A stretch of DNA of 64,000 nucleotides, from assembly GCA_034226945.1 (NCBI GenBank), contig CP120464.1, positions 124,001 through 188,000 on the forward strand, read 5' to 3'. The position numbers were made by a program, and so were the translations under genes. Position 1 is the first letter of the stretch. Each line of letters begins with the position of its first letter. The notes beneath the pieces were generated by a model. That model was given only the letters and a program-made list of their open reading frames with translations. It ran no database searches and was not told where the DNA came from. Below are positions 35,128-44,379 of this stretch, one piece after another. The DNA comes from Picochlorum sp. SENEW3 (lineage: Eukaryota).

Positions 35128-37588
35128 TTACATCATATCCAAGGATTCAAATTCATCATTCAGGGCATCATCCTCATCACTGTCATCTTCTAATCGTGCT
35201 GCTTCTCTGTTCTCATCGACAACATTTCTGAGATAGTCACCCAAGTACTGGCCACTGGCTGCAGCTGCTTCTGATCCAACGGTTGCAGACAAACCAGATT
35301 GTTCCCTTTCCTCTGGGTATCGTGTCCATGGGATTGTCGATCTATCAAGATCCTTGATGCCATTAAGATATCGAAGCTTTGCGACAGCATTCCTTGCTTC
35401 TACGCGGTCATCAAACCATCCTAGAACTGTGGTCGTCGCACCATCCTCAGAGTCGGACGCAGAGAGCCCTGGATCCTCGAAAAAGTTTCCCTCGATACTC
35501 TCTGGAGATTCTCTAGTATTAGGATAGTCAGGAAGCGGGGAGATGCCATCCCAATACTCCATATTATCTACATGTCCTCTGCCAGCAATGATGACCACAT
35601 CTTTTGGCTTGGCAAGGCCAATGGCGACTCGAATGGCACTAAATCGATCCTCGATGATATACCGCCCCACCTCAGACTGGTACCTCAATAACCATGGCTG
35701 AAACCACTGAGGGACTCTATGAGGGTCTTGAAGCCAATTATGATAGGATCCAGCATGGCGGCCTGTCACCTCTTCTGGCATGCCGCTGACAATGTCATTG
35801 ATGATTCTGTCTGGAGGGCATACGCCTGGAGAATCATTTGTGAGAAAGACGATATCTGCTTTAAAATGACTCATGTTCCCCATGGCCGATCTATGTTCTA
35901 CTGGCGTGGAGCCCGGGCATCCCATGACCAGGATGGTCTTCCGTGCACCAGCTTCCTTGACATCGTCAATCAAACGAGACAGCTGCTGTGGTGTTTTGCT
36001 CGCATCCACAATGACTGGAAATGGTTGACCTTCTTCCACCAATTCACAGCGTCCTGGAATAATATCTACTGCTTCAATACCCGCCACAATATTCACAAGT
36101 TTGATGCCTCTGGCCAGACCTACAGACACTGCAGCAAGGACATTGCTCACATTGAATTCTCCAACCAATGGAACGATTATCTCCAGCCTTCCTACAGGCG
36201 TCTTTACAAGAATCTCCGTTTCCCATATAGAAGATTTTACCTTCTCAGCATACACATCCGCATTCTTTGATGTCACTCCGTAGGTGAGCATTTGGGCTCC
36301 AGTGTCCTCAACAAGTCTTCTGAGACTGTCCGCATACGGGTCATCAATGTTTAATATGGCAATCTGCGAGGCATCCAAGGACGCAAACATCTCACCAACA
36401 CTCTCAAGATATTCATCGAAAATTTTCCCATCATAATACGCCTTCTCTTCTCTCACATTCGTGAACACGACAATCCCAGGCTTGAACGCAGCTGCCCTCT
36501 TGTCATCCAATGATGCAGGGCACACCTCCACCACCGCAGACTCTGCTCCCCTATCCGCTCCACCAGCCAGTACTTTCTGAAGGTGGAGACCGTCCGGCGT
36601 AGTCAATGGAAGCTCATATTTACCCTTGTATGGAACAATGTGAAACGGAACACTGCAGTCCCTATTGACTGTTGGATCCTCTTCATCTGCCACCCACACA
36701 TCTCCCTCCCTGGTCAACCTATCCTCTGCAATAGCATACTCTGTATTTCCTATCATAAGAGTCAGCTCTTCATTCTCTTCAAAGACACCTCGAGTCAACC
36801 ATGACGCCGTCGTCTTCCCATACGATCCCACAAATGCTACTGTATTCATGGCTGTTGCCGGATATTCTGCACAAGATCAATACATATTGAGTATACGAAC
36901 GTGATGATATATTCCAGACCAGCCAATACTACTATTATTACTCACCGTAAAATTCCGCTGCCACCTGAGCCAAGGCAAGCATCAGATCATCCACCACCAC
37001 CACAGGAAGCACGCAGTCAGGCAAAGGCCGTGCAGCCAACACGGCCACAGCACCCAATTCTCCAGCCTCATTCGCCCAGTCATGCCCGTCCTCCTCTCCA
37101 TCCTCACTTGGAACACAGACGTACAAAGAGTTGTTGGATCCATTATCCGAATTACAGGTAATCACATTCTCGATCGGAATGTCTGGGATGCCATCAATGC
37201 TCTCCACACATCCAGCAGAATGCAACAGCTCTTGCAGCTGACGAACCCTCGATGGAGGCTCGGGGTATCCATGCTCTTCTTCTTCTTCTCCCTCTTCTTC
37301 TTCTTCCGCCTCGTTATACTCGTCTTCCTCGTCCCCCTCCTCAACATGCTGCTGGATGATATCGTCAATATTCAGAGCACCAAATTCCTCCTCGTCATCC
37401 TCCCCAACCTCACCACTCCGAACAATGGTCCCATTTCTCTGCTTTCGAGTATTCAATAAATTAAAATTATGCGATGTAATGGACACATGGCTCCTCATTC
37501 TCCCGAGAATGAGCCGAGCAGTCCTGGATGCATGGAGTGGTGCATCTATACCACCTCTCACACAACACCGATGACATATCGCACCCAT
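35128..37588 (-). CDS. MURE: MurE-family Mur ligase homologue, plastid-targeted (intron 36867-36945)
   Basis: Transit peptide plus acidic N-terminus, GSYGKTT P-loop, TTPDG, VFTN, LNIDD, LVGEFNVSN, IPGRCE, VIIAGRGH, FDDRVEAR. Confidence 0.88.
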
Positions 37589-37781
37589 GCTGACGAATTC
37601 TATTTTATTTTTGAAATGTGTATCGGATACTGTTGGTGTCGATAGGACCATCCGCACGAAATGTGTCATAAATAAAACATTTAAATAGCATCTCCATGGA
37701 GTGGATGGATCCATCCTCTGATCTCATCCACTGGCACAGTCAAACCCATCTGAATATTTAGAATTTGATACATTGGCATAC

Positions 37782-38900
37782 ATGGTGGTCAGATCTGTAC
37801 GTTTCTCTCCTTTGGTGACAGTCTGCAGAGGTGGAGACGTGTCAAGTGCAGCAGGACGAGCAGGAAGAACACAGACAGGACGCTCTGCGATTCTGCGATT
37901 GGGGAAACAGAGCACTCTGGATGTTCTGTGTGTTGGTCAATGTTCAATGATGGCATACACACGTGAATCGACTGCAGTGATTGCCCAAGCATCTGCTCAA
38001 GACTCATCAGCTCAAGGCAGCAGCAATACAAATGAGCTATTGATTGTCGGGCCTGGTGTGCTCGGGTCATACCTTGGCAAACTTTGGCTTGATACACATG
38101 GTGCTGGAACGGTTGTTGGGCAGACGAATACGACGACAAATCACGAGGTGTTGAAATCCATTGGGATATCTCCAAGGACAGGGGATGATGCTCAGGGAGT
38201 CAAGGCGGGACAGAGATTTGCCAATGTAGCATACTGTGCTCCACCGTCAGGGAGTGAAGATTATCCTGGGGATATTGCCAAAGCTCTATCATACTGGGAC
38301 GGTTCTGGGAATTTCATCTTCACCTCTAGTGCAGGGGTATACAGCATTAATGACGGTTCAGACTGCAATGAATCATCTCCTGTCAATGAATTGGGGTCAA
38401 ATCCGAGAACAGATGCATTGCTATTGGCTGAAAAGACTGTGTTGGAGGCTGGCGGATGCGTGATGAGATTGGTGGGATTGTACCACAGGACTCGAGGGCC
38501 CCACACATTCTTCTTAAAACAAGGAGACGTGCCTCGCTGGGGTGGGTATACGGTAAATATGATTCATTATGAAGATGCAGCGAGTATTTGCAAAGCAGTG
38601 TTGGTGGGACAGGGATCTGATACAGGGATATATAGATCAGAGGTGTTTGTTGGATGTGATGGAACTCCAGTCACATTTCAAGACATGATGCATGCCATAG
38701 AAGAGTCAGGAGTACTTCCTGGGCACGTTGAATTTACAGAAAAGGATGGTGGGGATAATAAAGGCAAATACATGTCCAATACCGCGACACGGGAGCAATT
38801 GCAGTGGTCTCCAAAATATTCCAGTGTCGCAGCATTTTTCAAACAGGGTGCACAGGATTGGTATTGCCGTGTGCAACCCACTGGAATGCCTCATGCGTAA
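37782..38900 (+). CDS. NAD(P)-binding Rossmann-fold (epimerase/atypical SDR-like) protein, probably plastidial
   Basis: LLIVGPGVLGS, YCAPPS, FTSSAGVY, MRLVGLY, VNMIHYEDAA, WSPKYSS. Confidence 0.85.
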   Translation: MVVRSVRFSPLVTVCRGGDVSSAAGRAGRTQTGRSAILRLGKQSTLDVLCVGQCSMMAYTRESTAVIAQASAQDSSAQGSSNTNELLIVGPGVLGSYLGKLWLDTHGAGTVVGQTNTTTNHEVLKSIGISPRTGDDAQGVKAGQRFANVAYCAPPSGSEDYPGDIAKALSYWDGSGNFIFTSSAGVYSINDGSDCNESSPVNELGSNPRTDALLLAEKTVLEAGGCVMRLVGLYHRTRGPHTFFLKQGDVPRWGGYTVNMIHYEDAASICKAVLVGQGSDTGIYRSEVFVGCDGTPVTFQDMMHAIEESGVLPGHVEFTEKDGGDNKGKYMSNTATREQLQWSPKYSSVAAFFKQGAQDWYCRVQPTGMPHA

Positions 38901-38977
38901 ATACATCTATCGCTTGACTGTATTTCATATGATACTAATGTAATAATAATATACTAATAAATTAAATGAAAAAACCA

Positions 38978-40120
38978 TTACGATGGATGCTGTCGATCCA
39001 TCATGTTGGCCTCCAGGGCCTTTTCTAGCAACGACAACAGGGCACGAGCAGGGTCTCCCTTTGCTGCAATCACTGATGCCGCTGCAATCTGAGACTCCAT
39101 AGGGTACATGTCTGGGGCAGCCATCGGCAAGCATGCGTTCCTGGATGAATGTCCTTGGTCTCCAGCAGCTTGACTCTGATCTCTGCCAGACCCTGATGGA
39201 CGCCCGCCCTGGCCAGATGACGCCCCTCGCAGACTTTGTATCAATCTCTGCCCTATACTAATCATTTTACTTCGCCTTTCCTCCTCTGATAACCCTTCAA
39301 TGACAAAATCGTCCTTGACTACATCAATTGCACCAAATATTCTCTTGATTGTTGCATTCTGCACATGCAATTCCTCCAACTTCTTTGTTTTTGATGCCAA
39401 AAGTTGCTCTAATAGCATATTCACTTCAGCATTCTTTGCAATTTCTCCTTCAATATCCGATATTTCTTTCAAATCAGCCTCCGCCTTGTCATTCTCCTCC
39501 ACAGTCTTTAAAATGTCATCATCCTGTACGCCACCAGGGCTGACCATGCGCCTCACCACTGCAGCATCTGGGTCATTTTGTATCGAAACATACAAACCCG
39601 GGTCAGCCTCTGGGCTCGCCGTCTCATCGACAACATACTCATCACTTTGAAACACGGCACTCCTCCGCCTTCTCCGTCTCGTACCATGATTCACCCCACC
39701 CTCATCCTGCGCCTCATCCTGCACGCCCTGTGGTGTTCTCTTACTACTACCAGACACATGATTGTTGTCATGATCCACACCAGCATGCTCGCGTTCAATC
39801 ATCCCAGCATGCTTCGTCAACTCCCCAACTTCATCCTGTTGCCCTCTCCTGACGGGCGTCGTCCTGCTCTTCACCCGACTTGATGTCTTGGATGGCCGCA
39901 GATTCTCATCATCATACATTCCACCCCTCGACGTCCCATCCGGACTTCTCATGGGTACAGCTTTCCGTGGACGACGAATCCAAACATTCGGCGACATGAG
40001 AGACGCTGTCGCCGCTGTATTCACATCAACCAATGCCACGTCGTCTTCTCCAAATCCAGGCCCTTGGCGGGGAACGTCGACCCCTCCAGGCGAACCATGC
40101 TCATTCCGCACAGGCTCCAT
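38978..40120 (-). CDS. Hypothetical protein (380 aa; disordered N-terminus, coiled coil)
   Basis: Long ATG-initiated ORF. No family recognised. Confidence 0.6.
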   Translation of the reverse strand: MEPVRNEHGSPGGVDVPRQGPGFGEDDVALVDVNTAATASLMSPNVWIRRPRKAVPMRSPDGTSRGGMYDDENLRPSKTSSRVKSRTTPVRRGQQDEVGELTKHAGMIEREHAGVDHDNNHVSGSSKRTPQGVQDEAQDEGGVNHGTRRRRRRSAVFQSDEYVVDETASPEADPGLYVSIQNDPDAAVVRRMVSPGGVQDDDILKTVEENDKAEADLKEISDIEGEIAKNAEVNMLLEQLLASKTKKLEELHVQNATIKRIFGAIDVVKDDFVIEGLSEEERRSKMISIGQRLIQSLRGASSGQGGRPSGSGRDQSQAAGDQGHSSRNACLPMAAPDMYPMESQIAAASVIAAKGDPARALLSLLEKALEANMMDRQHPS

Positions 40121-40421
40121 CTTTAATCTAAAAATCCCTTCCTTGCTACTATAGTAGATATATGTGGTCTATTGGTATCCACACTCTTCCGATCGCTGGT
40201 TGGCGAGTCGAATCGAATCGAATTAATTAATTCTACAGCCACCTCGTTCTTACACAAGGGCACACCTCGTCTCTTGGACGTCAGCCATTCATCGTATTAT
40301 AAAAATACGAATAGTATGAGCGAGAGTTGAATTGTTGGAAAATATTCTGTTGTGAGAACGGATACAGTGTGCTCATGGTTTGTTAACAACGGTGATTTTA
40401 TGTTCTATATACGGAACTTCC
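40115..40421. repeat. Direct repeat copy 1 (upstream region plus start codon of 38978-40120)
   Basis: 40134-40384 matches 43883-44133 at 249/251 nt by manual alignment; the flanks are similar with indels. Confidence 0.97.
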
Positions 40422-40760
40422 TTATATAGAATAGAAAATTTTCAAAACAAATTCGTGAGCTTCAGCTGATGAGGATATCCTTCCTTGCTTGCGTCAAGAC
40501 GTGGGTCACTCTCTTTGTTTCTGACACTGGGGTTTCCTTTTGGAGTAACCACTCAATAATTGAGTATTTTGGATGAAACATATGAAAGCCAGTATCTTGA
40601 GCAGGAAAAGGTTTCGTACCACAGTACAAGCAGCGGCGTGGGCTGACTCGGCGACAAACGTTATATGCCCTTACTCCTGTGCACGATCTCACCTCAAGAT
40701 GCGTTCTGACAGGCGCATGTATTATAAAATAGTATAATCCTATCATCCACACGAGTCAGG

Positions 40761-42932
40761 ATGTTTGAATGTGGCAAGACGATTTATTTCTTCATTGCAA
40801 TAGCAGTAGGACTGTCCATCTTTCTGACATGGAGAATGGACCACCCGCTGAGCTCTATACACCTCCAAAGTGTCCAAAGGTTTCTGAGAATAGGAGAGTT
40901 GAATCCAAACGATATCCCTCCATGGCCTAAGACAGCAGATGGCATGAGGAATCTCTCTTTGATGCAGTGGAGAGCCATGGCTGGAACTCCTGTCAAACTT
41001 GTGCATCCAGACTCGGCCCCACAGGGTGAGTATGTGTCTTTTGGTAAAGTGGGGTCTTGGTCGGGGGATATATTTCCAACAGCAAGCTTGATTAATGCCC
41101 TGGAAGTTCGGAGTTATAAGAAGGAGATAATCATGACATATGTCAATGATGCAATCTCAGCCCTGGAGCCTGCAGTGAATTTTTTCTTCACATTACGATC
41201 CATGGGGTACGATCATTGGATATTGCTTGTAGATGATCTAAATCATCTTTGTGAAGTTTTCATGGAGGTTCTACCATACTCTGGGTGTGCATGGAGCAGT
41301 TTTAGGGACGAATTCCCTGGCCTTCCAGAGGGTGGGGTCTGGAGCAAGAAATTTGCCCTTTGGATGATTGCTGGTAGATCTATTCGTCTGGGATATAACG
41401 TATTGACCATCGATGTTGATACAACAATACATCAAGATGTGTATGCATTTTTGAAGTCAAAAGAGATGCTTAAAGCACATATGATCTTTCAGAATGAAGG
41501 TGGAATGAATGTGAATAGTGGTATAGTGTACTTGCAGAATGTCACCGCAAACGGCCCTGTATCATACATCATCAACAGTCAAATGATACAAACATTGCGA
41601 TATTTTGAAAATCCAGAATGGATGCAAGATGAATTTCCTGATAAGAGATTCGTTGATGCATTATATGCATTGTCCTGGGATCAAATTCAAATGAGCTGGC
41701 ATGTTCAGAGTGTTTTGAGAGGAGCTCCATATATTAAGACCGAGCCAGAGGGGCGGAATAGAAAGTATGATTTGTATCCACCCAATCCAAGCACAACAGA
41801 AAAGTTTGTGATTCGGAGGGTGAAGCCGGTTCCTTGGAATATTGAATTCCAGGGGACTGAAACTCAACTTTTCGAAGTTACAGCACAATTCGCGAGAGTT
41901 TCTATTCCAAGATGTGACCAAAACTTTAACAACTCTGTTGAAGTCCTGGCATATCCATACCCAGATAAGCCTGGTTCCCTCACCACAAAGTTTATTGAAT
42001 TGCTTGAGAAGGAATCCGGTGAGCTTTGGGATGACCCGTATGACCGTAACAATAAGATCTCGTATCCAGAAGAGACCATCGGAACACCTTCGGGTGGAAC
42101 TGTGTTCTCCACGTCACATGATTATGTTGCTGGGAAGTGGTGGGGGTTCACTCCACCTGTTGCATCTTTTATCAGTCATCAGGTTGGTTTCAGGGGCCCC
42201 AAAGACATGAGGAAATTTTTCTTCAAGTCCTTGGGTTTGTGGCACACAGCAATTGATCGCGTGCTCTACGAGACCACATCCGGATTGAGTCAGAAATATG
42301 GAAAACGAGTCCATGCAGATTCAGACAATGCCAAATTTGTAGCACTTGCACCTCTACATGGACTCAATGTGACACCTGAGCAATGGAAGACAGTAACATC
42401 TAACCTTCTTGTTATAGCTCATTTGTCAGGAAGAATACCTGTCATCCCTCCAATTAGTTGTCGTTCTGCATTCTTGGGTGAAGGGCCATCGACTTCATGG
42501 TTTCATGGAATACCTTTGAATTTTGGAGAACGCGGAGTCATTATTTTGGACTCCATCTTATTTCCAGAGGAAAACGAGCTGTGCTTTGCATGGCATGACA
42601 TAGGAGGTGAATGTTTAGATAAAATGCTGCTTCCCCTAGACTATGAGGAGTACGTGCAAGAAAAAGTATTTCCAGGTCAGAAAAGATCGAATCTAGTGAC
42701 AGTTCAAAAGTCTCCCAATGACCTGTATGCTACCATCGGCTATGACACGTTAATGTCCATGCTTGAGCCACTAGAATCACAGAAAATTGTGTACCTGTCA
42801 GAACCTGTACGATTGATCGGTATCCCTTGGTCAATAATCGATAGTTTGGTTGAGGAAGTGATTCACTGCTTTAGTCGACTCACTGGTCCAGCAGATAAAA
42901 ACACCTTTATTCATTACTTTGGTGTGCAATAA
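40761..42932 (+). CDS. Nucleotide-diphospho-sugar transferase (GT77-like) type II membrane protein
   Basis: N-terminal signal anchor, IRLGYNVLTIDVD (DxD), VNSGIVY, WDQ motif. No intron needed. Confidence 0.78.
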   Translation: MFECGKTIYFFIAIAVGLSIFLTWRMDHPLSSIHLQSVQRFLRIGELNPNDIPPWPKTADGMRNLSLMQWRAMAGTPVKLVHPDSAPQGEYVSFGKVGSWSGDIFPTASLINALEVRSYKKEIIMTYVNDAISALEPAVNFFFTLRSMGYDHWILLVDDLNHLCEVFMEVLPYSGCAWSSFRDEFPGLPEGGVWSKKFALWMIAGRSIRLGYNVLTIDVDTTIHQDVYAFLKSKEMLKAHMIFQNEGGMNVNSGIVYLQNVTANGPVSYIINSQMIQTLRYFENPEWMQDEFPDKRFVDALYALSWDQIQMSWHVQSVLRGAPYIKTEPEGRNRKYDLYPPNPSTTEKFVIRRVKPVPWNIEFQGTETQLFEVTAQFARVSIPRCDQNFNNSVEVLAYPYPDKPGSLTTKFIELLEKESGELWDDPYDRNNKISYPEETIGTPSGGTVFSTSHDYVAGKWWGFTPPVASFISHQVGFRGPKDMRKFFFKSLGLWHTAIDRVLYETTSGLSQKYGKRVHADSDNAKFVALAPLHGLNVTPEQWKTVTSNLLVIAHLSGRIPVIPPISCRSAFLGEGPSTSWFHGIPLNFGERGVIILDSILFPEENELCFAWHDIGGECLDKMLLPLDYEEYVQEKVFPGQKRSNLVTVQKSPNDLYATIGYDTLMSMLEPLESQKIVYLSEPVRLIGIPWSIIDSLVEEVIHCFSRLTGPADKNTFIHYFGVQ

Positions 42933-43248
42933 AATACATGTATCTTCCATGTACATGGATCTCTGTATATAAATACCTGTAAACCTCGTGTTTGAACATT
43001 TGGAGACCTGCCTTTGCCAAAAACTTGTACATTCACTAAGCTACACTGGCTCAAACAAAACACTACAGAGAAATATGTCCAATGGACAAGACACAGGTCA
43101 GGAGGTTTTCTATCCTGATATTGATGAAATTGTTTACATCATGTGCAAGTGGATTGAACATAGTTCGATCTATTAATAGATATCGCAATCAAAACATTGG
43201 CACATATATACATGATACCCACAGAGAGTGGTTATAGAAGGAGGCATC

Positions 43249-43866
43249 TCATTCTCTCCAATCACACAGTCTCTTGTATTCTGTTCTTGCTTCCTCACTC
43301 AAACTCATTCCAGCCATGATCTCCTCCATCTCTTCATTTGTTCTTTTTCCATTCTTGTACTCTTCAATCTCGTGTGCATTCCATTCTCCTAGATTGAATC
43401 TCCGTGGTCCCTTCCCATCGTTGAGATCATATTCAGCATTCCTTTCTGCCTCGTTTTCAGGGGGGATTTCGCTAAAATCGACAGCATTCTGATACAGTTT
43501 CCGGCGCACCCCGGCAGCTTGAAGTTTCTCTTCATAATCATCCGGCTTCACACGCCGTGTCCAAGTGCGAGATGAATACAAATCAACAAGCACATATTTG
43601 CTTCCCTCTCCCATATGAGAGAACTCTTTTCTGATGACTTTCCTTCGATATTTCTTGTCCCATGAATGTGCCACGTCGACAAGCCATGAGGAATCATACC
43701 ACCCTGACAAACCCAGCGTTTTCTTGATTCCTTCAAGCATCCTTTCATTTCCCCAGTATGCCTGCTCATGAATCTCGCCGGTAACTTTGTCTTCAAATGT
43801 TCCCAAGAACCCGCTGACGTTCTTTGGGAAAAACCGATCCTCATCATCACTACTATCGTACTCCAT
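43249..43866 (-). CDS. Orphan hypothetical protein (205 aa, charged, Trp-rich)
   Basis: ATG-initiated ORF with protein-like composition, directly downstream of repeat copy 2. Confidence 0.6.
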   Translation of the reverse strand: MEYDSSDDEDRFFPKNVSGFLGTFEDKVTGEIHEQAYWGNERMLEGIKKTLGLSGWYDSSWLVDVAHSWDKKYRRKVIRKEFSHMGEGSKYVLVDLYSSRTWTRRVKPDDYEEKLQAAGVRRKLYQNAVDFSEIPPENEAERNAEYDLNDGKGPRRFNLGEWNAHEIEEYKNGKRTNEEMEEIMAGMSLSEEARTEYKRLCDWRE

Positions 43867-44189
43867 CTTTTTTTCTAAAAATATCCCTTCCTTGCTACTA
43901 TAGTATATATATGTGGTCTATTGGTATCCACACTCTTCCGATCGCTGGTTGGCGAGTCGAATCGAATCGAATTAATTAATTCTACAGCCACCTCGTTCTT
44001 ACACAAGGGCACACCTCGTCTCTTGGACGTCAGCCATTCGTCGTATTATAAAAATACGAATAGTATGAGCGAGAGTTGAATTGTTGGAAAATATTCTGTT
44101 GTGAGAACGGATACAGTGTGCTCATGGTTTGTTGCATGAACGGTACCGTCCGCTCACCGGTGATTTAATGTTCTATATACGGAACTTCC
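43861..44189. repeat. Direct repeat copy 2 (upstream region plus start codon of 43249-43866)
   Basis: Matches 40115-40421, with an extra ~19-nt segment around 44134-44157. Confidence 0.97.
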
Positions 44190-44379
44190 GTAAAAAGATA
44201 TAAAAGAAGATTTTTGAAAATCAGGCGCCTTTGTCATCTTTGCTTGGCTTGAGATGTGGGTCAATCCTGGTGTTTCCTCGTCTCGGGCGCTCTGTTTTGA
44301 ATCAATTTTAACCCATTAATTGGGTTGAAAAATACACCATTTTGCTATAGTGGCAATCAAACAGCGAGTTATAGCCAGG

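Noticed and set aside
40174..40184. ctcttccgatc (also in repeat copy 2) matches part of the Illumina adapter
   Set aside because: Only 11 nt match, the flanks differ from the adapter, and it is embedded identically in both repeat copies; chance is more likely than contamination.
42988..43176. 62-aa ORF between the GT77-like gene and the orphan
   Set aside because: GTG start, short and no recognisable motif; probably 3'UTR/intergenic.
40115..44189. LTR retrotransposon interpretation of the direct repeats
   Set aside because: No TG...CA termini, primer-binding site or gag/pol ORF seen; the repeat boundary coincides with start codons instead.
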